NCBI GenBank assembly: GCA_977030845.1
Contig: OZ365112.1
Span: forward strand, 14,446,001-14,510,000
Source of the DNA: Fimbriosthenelais zetlandica
Taxonomy: Eukaryota
Direction of reading: 5' to 3'
Length of the DNA stretch: 64,000 nucleotides
Below, in pieces: positions 48,571 through 61,100 of this stretch. Below the pieces are notes generated by a model that saw only the letters and a program-made list of their open reading frames with translations, was not told the origin of the DNA and made no database searches. The number at the start of each line of letters is the position of its first letter. Position 1 is the first letter of the stretch. Position numbers and translations under genes: made by a program.

Positions 48571-48579
48571 TACAGGGTA
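48571..48579 (+). promoter_or_regulatory. miR-10-family target site 3
   Basis: TACAGGGTA is the complement of miR-10 nt 1-9. Confidence 0.55.
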
Positions 48580-51500
48580 GGCCACTTGTTCTTATTGATT
48601 TGAACCCAAACTATAATAAATGCTGACAGTGCAATATATTTGCTGAGATAACAGATAGGTATGGGTTGGCAGTAGTTTCCAAAGAAATCACCCCAGACAA
48701 TTAGAGAATATCACATATCTGTGAGATATTCACATTGGCTTTGAAAACGGGGGATGGGCCATACTGCTATATGTATTGTGTATATGGACTCACAACATGT
48801 ACTTAATATTTAAACATGATATTGCTAATCCACACCTGCTAAATATTCCAAATATTGTTGAAGAAATGAACTCCTGAAATCGACAAGTAGACAATCATGT
48901 CATGTTGGTGCCTAAGAATTAACCCCTTTCCAATTACAGTTTCCAACTCGATTGTTCATCATTAATCTTTTAAATGGTTATCAAGTTAGTTTTACAAAAA
49001 CCTCCCACTGAGTGTGTCACTGTCTTCTTCTAGGAATGTACTGGTGAAATTATGAATTACCATTAATATCCTAAATGGACATTCAAATAATTGCTGGCAG
49101 AAAAGACAATGCTTAAACAAAATTTATACTCCTTGATTTATCAGAGGAATTAGCTGTTTTTAGAAAATTTGCTTCTTATAATATTTTATCTGTTTTTCAA
49201 AGAATCGTGTTTATTGTTTGCACTTCCTTTTCGCTGCAACAGAACTACAGAAAATAATAAAGCAATATGCACAATTATATAAGACCACAACTGAAAGAAG
49301 CCATCTTCTATAAGTATCGGAAAAATATGGAAACAGACCTTGTACATTTCTCCTTACCCATCCCTGCTTAATAGTAGCTGGTCACGTGACAAAAAAACGG
49401 TGTAAAATATTGTATACATACCAACACCGCTATCAAAAAGGAATATTTATCGTTATATTTATTTCAAAGTCTGAGATTCAAATTGTGGAGTTGAGCTATA
49501 TCGAGGTATTCGTTGGGTGTATTGTATTTTTGTCTATGTTGTACAGAGGTATATGAACATTATGATGTATATGTGTTTTCCACACTGACTGTTGACTTGA
49601 GGTGGGTGGGGAAAAAGTGAAGGCCACCTGAAAGTTGGCCCGTTTTTGATTGTGAGTGTAAATTATCATTTATCTAACTATGAGGAGCTTGTGGTAACAG
49701 GATATATATATTTCTGGTAAACTTTTTTCTTTATATTCTCCAGAAAACAGTTAAGGATGGTCAACTGTAATGTTAATTTCTTGTAATTTCCACTCAATTT
49801 TAAAATTCCATGTTTGTAAGGTACAATCTATCTTGTCAGGAGAGAGAAGAGGGGGGAGTTTCTTCTGTTAATTATTGTACAAAGGATAAGTTGCCAAGCC
49901 AACATTTCTGACTGGGAATTTGTTGACTGATTCGTTATAAGCTGTATGGATATGTTGACAAGACGGGTTTTTTCAGTTTAATATGTTAGTTATTATACTT
50001 ATTTCTTATCTTATTTGTATTAGGGTGATTATAATTGTAAAAAGAGAAAATATTGGCACTAAATTAACCGAATTTATTATTTTTAGTGAAATGATTAATT
50101 TGGTCAATAATAGTTACAAACGTTATTATTTGTTACAGGAAAATCTGAAAGAGACTTTGTGGTTAATATTCTGAGACCTGTTTGTGATTTATGCCCATAT
50201 AGGGTCCGGAGGCAATAAAGTGCACCCTCACTACTCAGTTTTTATGTTATCTTTGCAAAGTGGATACAAATTGTAGTATCTAAGTAATTTCTCACATGCA
50301 TGTACAAGGACATGGACTTTGTTTGGTTCTTTACAATATAAATGTGTATCATAGAAATATTGACCAGATTCTCCAGAAATACGTGTCATGGGGAGATCGC
50401 ATACACAACCAAAACGAGCCATTACAAATGCCCAACACAGGTGGGAGAATAATTTAGCTTGGTTTATGAGACAAAAGGTGTCTTGTTCCCCATTGGACAG
50501 GAGGACAAATGAAGGAGCAAGAATGAGATATAGGCCTGTGTATATAGCTTACGGTGGGTCAATTATCTCTCTGCATCTGTGATTGCCAGGTGCGTTGGCA
50601 TGTGTCTTTGTGATAGAACCTCGACTAATAAACTAGAGCGATGGTCTCTATAATTTCTATAGAGCCTGGGAACCGAGAAAATCCCAAGAATATCGTCCTC
50701 TAACATTAGTGCCATTTGAGGTGTAGGGCTAGTTCTTTACCTTTTACCCCTAAACAACTTTTCAGCAAATTGTTAGCAATGCATAAGCCCTCAGATTTGT
50801 ACATGTCGGCCTATGTCTTCTCTGGGACTTGGCGAAACTTGTGTAACAATTTGTAGGCTATATATAGAGTACATGTCAATCATTTAGACTGGTGACCGTG
50901 TGTGCATGATATCAACGGACGTTTAGGTTACAAGTAATGACTGCTAGCGCTAGATATTGAATTGTTATAAGCCGCTAACAATGCTTACGCCTTTGGTTAT
51001 ACAGCTAAGAGATTGTTATTCAAAATTCAAAATACCTATAGGCCCATCCTAGTAATCGAAACAGTGCCCATGCAAACACAGTTTATAGGTCTAACAATAT
51101 TTTTATTGACTTCTCTGTGCCTACTTGGCTCTATTTCCATATTGCTCTTTGGTCGGAATTCTTCATAGACCGGGGTAATAATAATTCGTCTGCTGGACAT
51201 TGCCCGAGCGACCATACTCAGGGAGCGACAGGAGGATAAATCAAATTCTTCGATTTTCCATCCTGGCATCCATAGGTCGTCCTGGTTACTACCCCCTTGT
51301 CAAGAGTCTGTCTGGTTGGGAATTTCGCCCGAGCAGCATAAAAATGGTTATTTTGTCTTGTATGGGGTCGGTTTGGGGTTGATAGCCTGGCTTCCTATAT
51401 TCCCCACTGCCTGCACAGAGCCAAATTGCCTATAGCAAGCCACCGACTGCTATCATCGAGCGATAATGGGGGGTCAATGAGACTGCACATGCCTGTATCT

Positions 51501-53192
51501 CACTTGAATCATCGGGCAACCATTTGTATTCACCCAAGGAACCGTAACCTCACCGAATCTCGTCTTGCTCCTTGTGGGCGAGACTTGAGAGAGAGAGAAA
51601 GAGCACGTGATAGCATCCCAGCACCCCCCGCAGAGACGCAGGTCATCATATCACCCTCCACTGCCATTCTACAATCTCTTCATGCAACTCTCGCGCTAAT
51701 CTCGGCCCCAGGAGATTCTCACGAGACCTGCGCTCACCAAGGTGACTGCGCGGAGCTGAGGAGGATCTTAATTCTAGTTGAGAGAAGTGACCTTCAATTG
51801 CCTTCAACTTTCCTCATGATGACTACTGCCCCATGCCCTGAAGAAACTATCGGATGGATGGTAAGCTTCTTTTGAATATTTTAGTCCTAATTACGTAAGA
51901 TAAAGTGTACAACTCTATTATATCTTCTCCCTGTGTCAATGTATTCACTTGTCAACAGAGTAGAAATGACCAGAAATTGACACCTGTATTAAACCTATAT
52001 ATGGCCTTGATTATTGTTTTGCTGTGAGGGCCTATATATATACTTGGTCGGGAGCCGGGCGGTCAAGGGACCAGGTCCGTCGGTTCGGAGGTGGATCACA
52101 GCCATTATAGTACTGAGGTATAGCAGGTCGATAAATATCGACCCCTAAATGTATAACAAAGCCCTTTAGGGACAGCTGGCCCTCTCCACTCTCCTATATT
52201 TCTTAGAGAAGTTGATGGGGTGATATAGCCCTGGTCCCTCAACTAATCTTTGTCCGTCTTTACTGGACACTTCCAGGCAATGTTCCAATAACTAAATGGC
52301 CGACTCTGTACAGCATTATCTCTTATCTATTTTCGTCATTTTCAGCGTTCATGTGATTTTCTCTCCGTCAGTACGCTTAACCATTTCTGGTTGGGGTTCT
52401 TCATGAACAAGGGTGGGTACGGTAATGATCTAATTCCCGGACACCCCTCCCCTTGGTCATCTTTTCCATACCAACTCCATATTATAGCCTACAGGACCCT
52501 CGACTTTCGCTCTCCCCTTCTTTTGATTTTACCCCCCGTGAATGCAATATTGATCCAAAGTTCCATTCTGGGGTGTGATTCGCCGCCAGTGAAGTGAAAA
52601 CCTTTTCGACTCTGCTGAACCGTGAGGGGCAAAATATAATTGATTTCTCTCAGTCTGGTTGTATCATGATTACATACAAAGAAGCAAATCATCATAAATC
52701 GATCTTCTGAATGAATTTTTATACAGATTACAGTAACTTAACTTGTCCCCATAAGACTATAGGCCCCTATATATATGTGGGAAATAAGGGAGTTATTGGT
52801 TTAGGTAATGATATTGATCATAGGTTATAATAGAGATAAATGTGCCGAGAGGCCTATAGGTATACCCGATATTGCTTTTTAACCCCATTCTCTTCACCAC
52901 CCTGTCGTGTACGGCACCTATTCTGATCAAGATTACGTAATGTTCGGTTAGGAGCCATCTTTATGTATATGGGGCAATACAGGCAGGGTGCGTGGGATGG
53001 GTTGGGAGGTCGTGAGTAAAAATTGGGGACAATGGTTTCTAATAGGCATCAAATAGGCGACTCATTTTAAGCAAACATATTTCCAATGATACGTGTATTG
53101 GATCTCCAATAAATCTTGAATAAATATAGGTTTACAACAACAGAAATGACCTTCAGCAGATATAAATTTCCTGATGCATACTATATCCTAAA

Positions 53193-53221
53193 CCCCCCCC
53201 CCCCCCCAACCCCCCACCCAC
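53193..53221 (+). repeat. C15 homopolymer with flanking C-runs
   Basis: aa(c)15aaccccccaccca. Confidence 0.85.
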
Positions 53222-55164
53222 CCAAGATCCTAACTTACTCAGCTAGGGGCCTGATAATACTATATACATGTATAGGGTTTGGAACGTGGTTGCCGTGGTA
53301 ACCGATTTATTTCGGCCGGGTGCGGACCGTATCAAGGTAGGCAGTGAAGCGTTAATCCGGGACCTGATTCCAGACGCTAATCTCGGCGTTCTCCCGTAAT
53401 CAAGCGGCCAGACGCTGATTAAGTTCCCAACTTCCCTCGCGGGACACGCGAGAGACCGCGAGATGTGCTAGGGGTGCGTGGAAAGGACAGTGTAGCTCCC
53501 ATTAAAAAGAAGGGAATATACAGTCAGATATGCCAGCTATTTTGTGGAAAAACGGCCTCAAGACTTAAACACGGCCTGACGAAGAGAAGCCCCGATTTTT
53601 ACAGATTTCTCCATGCTCATATGATATAATATGGGTCAGCGAATGAGCAGCTTATAAAGGTGATCATGGTGATCATTTGTCTGTCCCCTCTGGTGGGTCT
53701 CTGAGTGACCATGCACATGATTTAGTGGTCAGATAATAAGCACAGGCAGGTCAACGGTCCGGTGAAGAAGGGAACATTGATGGCAAGACAGTACGAAGTG
53801 GGTCTGTATTGCTCCACGGCCCTATTATAATCATGAAAATGAGTATAATTTGATTCTAGTTCTAGACGTCAATCCCTGACCACATTTTAGCATGTACATT
53901 GCTAACAGTTCAAAATAATTGATCTGCGGTTTAATATTTGGCAATTTTGCATGACCCTACCACCTTGCATTCTATGGGCAGATGTTTGCATGCCTCATAT
54001 GTATACAATCGAAGAACTTAATCAACTCTAGAGCTGATAGCACTGAGCAATGTATTTCAATTTGGGATTCATTGAACATCTGCACGTGTAACGTATACAC
54101 ACACATACAACACATTAATTTATTTCCGTGTCCGGCTTTGTTGGGGCAACGCACAATAATTTGTATCGACATGTAGTAACCAACATGCGAGCTTCATTTG
54201 CTTCTGTTGGCATGCGATGGACACTGCATTGGCTGGACTGTCATGCTATGCAACATGGTATTAATTCGAAATGTACATGATCAGTATGAGGGGTGTATAT
54301 TGCTAATGATCATTAGTAACTTCATTAGCAGCTATTGGAAGTTTGGGTATATGAACATGGGTCATTCCAGAACTGGGAGCAATTGGTCATTTTGGCACAG
54401 TTTTTCCAATCCCTTTCACCCTTATAGTGCATGAAAATGCAACTTATTGAACGCATTGAGATGGCATCTAACACTCTTATATTCCCCTTTCTCTGAGTAT
54501 ATATATAACAAGTCTTCTCTGAAAGTATTCGGCAATTACTGCCTTGCATTTGTCCTAGTATGCAAAGCTGCAACACCTGTATACATAGACAGATAATGGA
54601 TATTTGAATAACCTTAAATAAGCATTGTACGAGGATACAGATGTATACTTGTCAACAACAGCATTAATGTATGACCACATAATTATGGACAAAATACCAG
54701 TCTATTGTGACACAGTAAGACACCCAGGCTCATTTAAATAGCTATAGTAGTGGTATCAATGTGTGTGAGAAGCTGTGGTCAGTGGATTTTGGTGATGTGT
54801 CCAGCTCATCCATCACAGAAGCTGTCACATAGGTTGAACCTCTACACCTGGTCTCATTACTAAAGGCCACCTAATTGGGGCAAGCTGGGTCAGCCATGGT
54901 CCCCACACCTTAATCTCCTACAATTGACCAATCCAACATACTCCAAATCAATTGTCCTCAATAGAAATTCAAGGCTTGGTGGATACAGGTTGGCTCGGTC
55001 TGGGAGTGAACATGCAGAAACCTTAGTTACACGTACCTCGGAATTTCTACATTAGGACGGGGTTCCATTCAAAGGCATACATCTGTACAAATATCCTTTT
55101 AAAGAAATTGCCTTGCCTCTGTCTTGCTTCTAAATGATTATCTTTAACATGAATGCTCTCTGTG

Positions 55165-55192
55165 CCCCCTTCCCTCCCCTCCCCCCCCCCCC
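55165..55192 (+). repeat. C-rich low-complexity tract ending in C12
   Basis: cccccttccctcccct(c)12. Confidence 0.8.
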
Positions 55193-58100
55193 TCATCTCA
55201 TCTTTATTTTAAGTAAAACATTTAATACGGCATATAGAAATTACCATTGGTTGGGCAGGCAGTACTTATATCCTTATAGGTCGAGCATTGTCTTTGATAA
55301 GTTCCTCTCCTATAACAAGCTTGTAGATTGAAGGAGAAGGTTAAGACACCCATAGGGAGGTCTGCCTGAGGACAGGATGCCTTGAATAATCTACCTTTAG
55401 TCATGTAATATGAGCCAAGGTTCTATATTTAGATCATTGGATGTTTTAGCCTCGGGTATACAAACACCTACTGCATGGGGATGCAGAGGGGATTACTATA
55501 ATAAGTGAACGAAAGAATCAAGTAAATCAAAATTGCAAAAATCGCAAAATTGAAAGAACTTGATTTAGGATAAAGTATATGAAATTTGCTGAAAAATATT
55601 CTTGTATATATGTGCATAATCAAGGAAAAGATTTCGTAGGCCCTCACACCAATCCCCCTGTCGGTGCTTTTTCAATTCTTCCAAGTACCCTGGCCATTGG
55701 CTTTATACTTGTAACTATCTGTGTATAGTTTGAGAAGTTAGAGGTGCAGATTGCATTAATAAGGAGTGTAGTTTGCTTCTATATCTGTATAGCCAAGTGG
55801 CGTGTGCAAAGCCAGGTCGACCTAGATTAAAGCCCACGTGGAGCCCCGCCCTAATGCCTCCAGTCACGAAACTCCAGCTTCCAACAACTGGAGGAAAAAT
55901 AGAGAGCAAAGAGGCAGGCATGTTGGAGCAGCCATTGTCTACAGTATAAGTCTTCTACTATGAATATGGCACCACCTTGGCCTTTTCTCAATAGATTGGA
56001 AGCAGAAAGAAGCGAGCCAATCTTTTGGAAGGCTGATGATGTCTGCAAGCCATTCTGGAGTGGCTCATTTTGTTGCTCTGGCCTTTCCCATGCAGTACGA
56101 GCTCCAAAATAGAAGCTTGACTGTATTTCACACCCTCTATATAATCTGGAAAGGCCAGCTAATGCCGTCATTGTATGCAAGGCCAGCAAAAAGAATTTTG
56201 TAAATAATTGTCAAGGCTGGGAGCCAAATATTATGAACTTCCGACATGTAGTATAGATGACAGGAGAAAGGCATGCAAGAACAATCCTTTGAGAGATGAA
56301 GAGACTGTTGGAAAGAAACCTTTAATGCACTGCAGCTACTGAAGTCGCCTTGGCAACGCACCAGCTGGCGCGAGTGGTCAGTGTTTGACACTGACCATAC
56401 ACTTGCTCTCCACATGAAGTGGACAAGGCTGGTCAAGGCATTTAGAGTGGGCGCTTGACCAGCACGTGGTCTGGCATAATACTCTCCAGCCTCCCTCTTG
56501 TTGGTGCAGTTGACCACTGACCACTGAGAAATATTATCTCTGGTTGTACTTGTTTAAGCTCTAGATCCAGCGACCGCACACTGGCCGAACTTAAATTGAA
56601 AACTATAAACCCAAATGGAAAGTTATATGTATCACTTAAAGTCCAATAATATGTTATAGATGGATGTGGGTCCTGACTGCTCGCCTCATTTCCATATACT
56701 ACTCACATACAGTATATTATTGGGCCGCCCTCTATAGGCTATGCTAGAGACATGTACTGTGGTAAATACATGTACATAGATAGAATCAGGGAAACTACAA
56801 TTATTTCTTTTAACAGGTTTATCTTTTGGGGATCAAGGATTTCGGTATCGAGGCCTATTCAAAGCTGATACAGCTAGCTGTAAGTTCTGTTGAACTATTA
56901 GAGAGATACGTAAGAAGGGAGATTGAAACAACACGCCACTATATGATTAATTATAGTTGATTAATTAAGAGACGTATACTGAGTTAACTGAAGTGTATAG
57001 TTAATTAAGGATGTTTCCACAGTAGAGGGTTACTGGACCTATTACTAGTATTAGTGATAAAGATACCGCCTTCCAGATCAAACTGATTTTGAGGAGATAT
57101 TCCTTTTAAATGTCTGTGCTTCCAAACACCATATATAAAACAATATACATCATACACTGCCCCTTTGGACTGTAATGAATTCAATATTACTGTGAATCAC
57201 CTGTATATAGATAGGTATTTTATAACATGATGAATGCACAGATACTTCAATATGTGAAGTTACACCCACATGTTTCCAGATGAAGTTACACCCAAAAGTT
57301 TGCCATAATGGTTATTATAACTATTAATAAAGCTCGCAATGTTTCTGCCTGAACAGACCCCATTACTTGACTTTAGACAATGGAACAGTACAAATACATG
57401 CAATTTTACCTCAGGCAAGCCCATAGAAGCGGCAAAAGTGAACCACAATCATTTCAAAAAGCGATGACAATTGAAGACTAAAAAGGCTCTTGAGTACAGC
57501 ATGACTTCCATTCGGAAGCAAAGCCACAAAATAGTTTACTTTCCAATTTTTGTCGAGTAAAGCAAAGAGGATGTTTAAGTAATTCCCAAATGACATGTCA
57601 GCCTGTCCTAAAGCTTGTTAGAGCTGCTCGTGAGCCTGGCCATTACATGAGTTGCTCCTCAGGGCCTTATTACATGTGGAAGGGAGTGCTCCGTCCCCTA
57701 AACCAGCCTCTTATATTAACAAGTGCACCCGCAATGCATGTCAGCGTGTCGTAAAAAGAAGCCAACAGGCCAACTTTGTGGGAAGCCACTTCACCAAGTT
57801 CCTTTCCCTTTTCTGGCATATGGGCCCACAAAACTCTCTTGAATAATGTTACAGTGATTTTAGCATTAATTTCTATCCATATTAATTTTAAGTCATAAGG
57901 TGATTCTGGTGGACTGGTGGACACAATTTGACTGCATAATGAGCGGTTTATTATGAATGTTAAATTCCATCAGAGAGTGGGAGTAAACTTGTTAGAAAAT
58001 GCTTTGGTATAAACCATTCAACTTGCCAACGGCAGATCAATCGGTCTATATGTAGGCTATATATAGGGCCTCGATTATGGAGCCATTTGTCAGCAAAGCT

Positions 58101-61100
58101 TTTCACCCCTCCCCAAAATGTAGAGGTATGCTTTTCAAATACTCTGTAAATATGTTTTACTGGAGTGCAGTGCAATGGCTTTTTATGTCTGAAACACAAG
58201 ATGTTGAGGTCATGGGGCGTTTGGATGAGAGCATCATATAAGGTAGGCTTTACTGGAGTTTGGTTTACCTGGAGTATGGACTAGAGGTCCATCCAGGGTG
58301 GGGAGGATTGATGTGGAGAGATCACGACATGAGCAGCCATAGGGGGTAGGCTAGCAGACGGGTTATCATGTACTCCACTCATTATCTCTCTGCCAGCCTC
58401 TCTCAGACCGCCCAGAGCTTCATCATCAGACCCTGGCTCTCCGTTTTGGAGGAGGCTCGCTGGCGAAAAAAGCTCAGCCGAGTTTGAAGGTAATGGAAGG
58501 GTGAATCGGCAATTAAAATCATCCACTACGGAAGCAATGGCATGCTGCCATTGGACTTTCTGCTAATTTACGTGCATAGAGCATGCCAGAAATTTGCCCG
58601 GAAATTGGGAAAGACAAGAGTGGAAATTTAGAAAAAAGCACCGAGCAATGCCAATGTTAGCATGGCTTTTGTTGATGCATTGCTGTGCTATTGACTGATT
58701 GCAAAGTAAACTTTTTGAATGGACACAGTTCTATGAAATTTTACCACGATTCAAACATAATTCAACGCATTAATAACTTGATACCTATTTCGGAATGTAG
58801 GCCTACGAAAAAAATCGCTTTTCGTAAAAGGGACCTCATCCTATGAAGGACTGCATGAACAATCGTGCCTTTAAATCATAAAACTGTTTTCATGGTACAT
58901 ATACATTTCCCTACCTGATATGGTGAATACAAAATGTACATCCTAAAGCATCCCAGGTATCCATGGCAACGAAAGGTGGGTAGTTGATTACCACAATACA
59001 TGACATACCTTGACGATAGGTTATTCTGGGGAATGGCTGCCATTTACTCTCTCCCTGTAAAGTTCTCCCTATATACTAGAGATACAACTTGTATGGCCCT
59101 TTTGCTCCTTTCTACATACTTCCTATTGGTTAATAGCTAAGTGTTTAATTTAGGGGGGCAGTGGTTGATAAAGATATATCGCTATCGAAGGTCATTAATC
59201 AAGGTGCCTGTCATAGTTGGAAGGGCAATGGATCAGCCATCTTCAAGCACAGTGAAAGCCAGTCAAGTACTACATGTATATCTGTACGACTATGCCACTG
59301 TTCAAACCTAACCATTCATATCAGGGCATCAGTGTTCAATTTAATTCGACATAATGACAAAAACATATATAACATGATCAATATGATGTGTGTAACATGT
59401 TGGGAATCAATTAAAATAGCCCCTAGAGTTGAGGTATGGCATTGCATGCAAATTTACTTGTTTCTTTAATTTTTTTTTCGTGCCCCATAACACTGGGTCC
59501 TTGTCATGTTGGATAGATAGGTGGCATGAGGGTAGTTCGCCCCTCTTTTTTGGTCAATAGAGTTTGTTTGATTTCTTTTGACATTTTGAGTAATCGCAGC
59601 GTACTCGGCGAACCCTGTGAGGGAAAGGGAGGAAGAAGGCCAGGGGGATGATATAGAGGTGGGGAGGAGGGGTTACTATAGAATAAAGTTTATGCAACGT
59701 GCATGTGTGACAATTTCTGCTAATGCCTCTGGAAGGGCATAGGGGGCTATATTCAATCGAAATTAGCAGGATCATAAGCTGTATTTATATTCCTTAATTC
59801 CTTCACATCACTGATTCAGCCCATTTACTTCAAGAAGTGAAAATATTAAAATTTATCAAGGTTTTGAATATCTTATTCATTGAACCGTTGCAGAGCTGAT
59901 CATTCCTGTTTCTTTTAAAGTTAATCAGCATGTGCCGAAGAGGAAAGTTCCATCCCTCCAACTTCTCTTTCTTGCAATTATGAATTTGCTGTTGGATGGC
60001 AGTGAGCGTGGGAGAGAAAACTGGAGGGGGGTGAGGTGGGGAGGGGGAGGAGAGTCGAGGAGAAAAAGACAAGGAGAAGTCAGACAGGGTCGACCATAGG
60101 AGATGCTCAGTCAACAGAGACCAGAGCAGGGAGAAGGGGAAGGCCTAGAGAAGGTTGCCTCAGACAGTCGGTGCCAGTGGTAGGCGACAGGAGCAGACGC
60201 AGCTAGCGTCTACCTGGCGGCACTACTGACAGCCCCTGTATGTCCCTTACTGACAGGGCAAACAGGTAAGCCCCCTGGGTGGCACCACTAGAAGTGTCCC
60301 CCTCTCAAGCAGCGGGCCCTTAAGGTGTGGACCTTCCCGAGGGACAGGAAGGTAGACGGGACCACTTCAAACTATATGGGTCCATTGCTGCTGCTGTTGC
60401 TGCTGCCATTGCAGCTACATCAGTAAAACTGGTATGGGCATGTTAGTTGGGATGTTAGTCCCACCCCTCTTCATGAGACTTAAATGTATACATGTAAAAT
60501 AGGTGTCCTGTCTCTCGGTGGGGTGTACCTGGCTTTAGGAAAAATTGCCATGGACTTGACCGAACAATACAGAGGAGGTATATATATTTGATATGTTAAC
60601 GATATTTGGGGGTTTCCTTTCTGTGCCATCTACCAATATGATTGTGCACATATAGAAACCTGGATTATCCAAAATATTTCAATATCCTGACGAAGTATAA
60701 TTGAAATGATTTTTTTCAAAGGCCATGTCCATCTGCTGCCTATTGTACAGATATATAACATCATTTGTGAAGGTGCCAAAAGCATCCCACACAATCTTGG
60801 CTTTCATAAGGTCTACACGCCTTTGGGAGGTGATAAAATGGTCGCAATCATGGCACCTTTCCAGGTATATTGTCTCGCTCAGCCCCAGGTCTTTTAAACC
60901 AATTTATAACTCGCAGTACCAAATAAATTGGCAAATATTACCACAGATGAATTGATGTTCACACAGCTGGTCCTGGTTCTGATGCTCACGATACGCCTGT
61001 CATCGATTCTATTGATTTTTTGAATTTAGTTATTTTAAATGATCCAAGAATAACATGGATCAATTCTTTTATCGATTAATAGCATGTATCTTTCTCTCGT

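Larger units (their letters stand above)
46541..48640 (+). other. Probable long Hox1 3' UTR with several candidate poly(A) signals
   Basis: AATAAA at 47642, 47831, 48615 (and 49256). Three miR-10 8mer sites fall in this interval, which suggests that it is transcribed. Confidence 0.5.

Noticed and set aside
11040-58810. Recurrent TAGGCCTA and TACATGTA words
   Set aside because: They are common background words in marine invertebrate genomes, with no positional pattern here.
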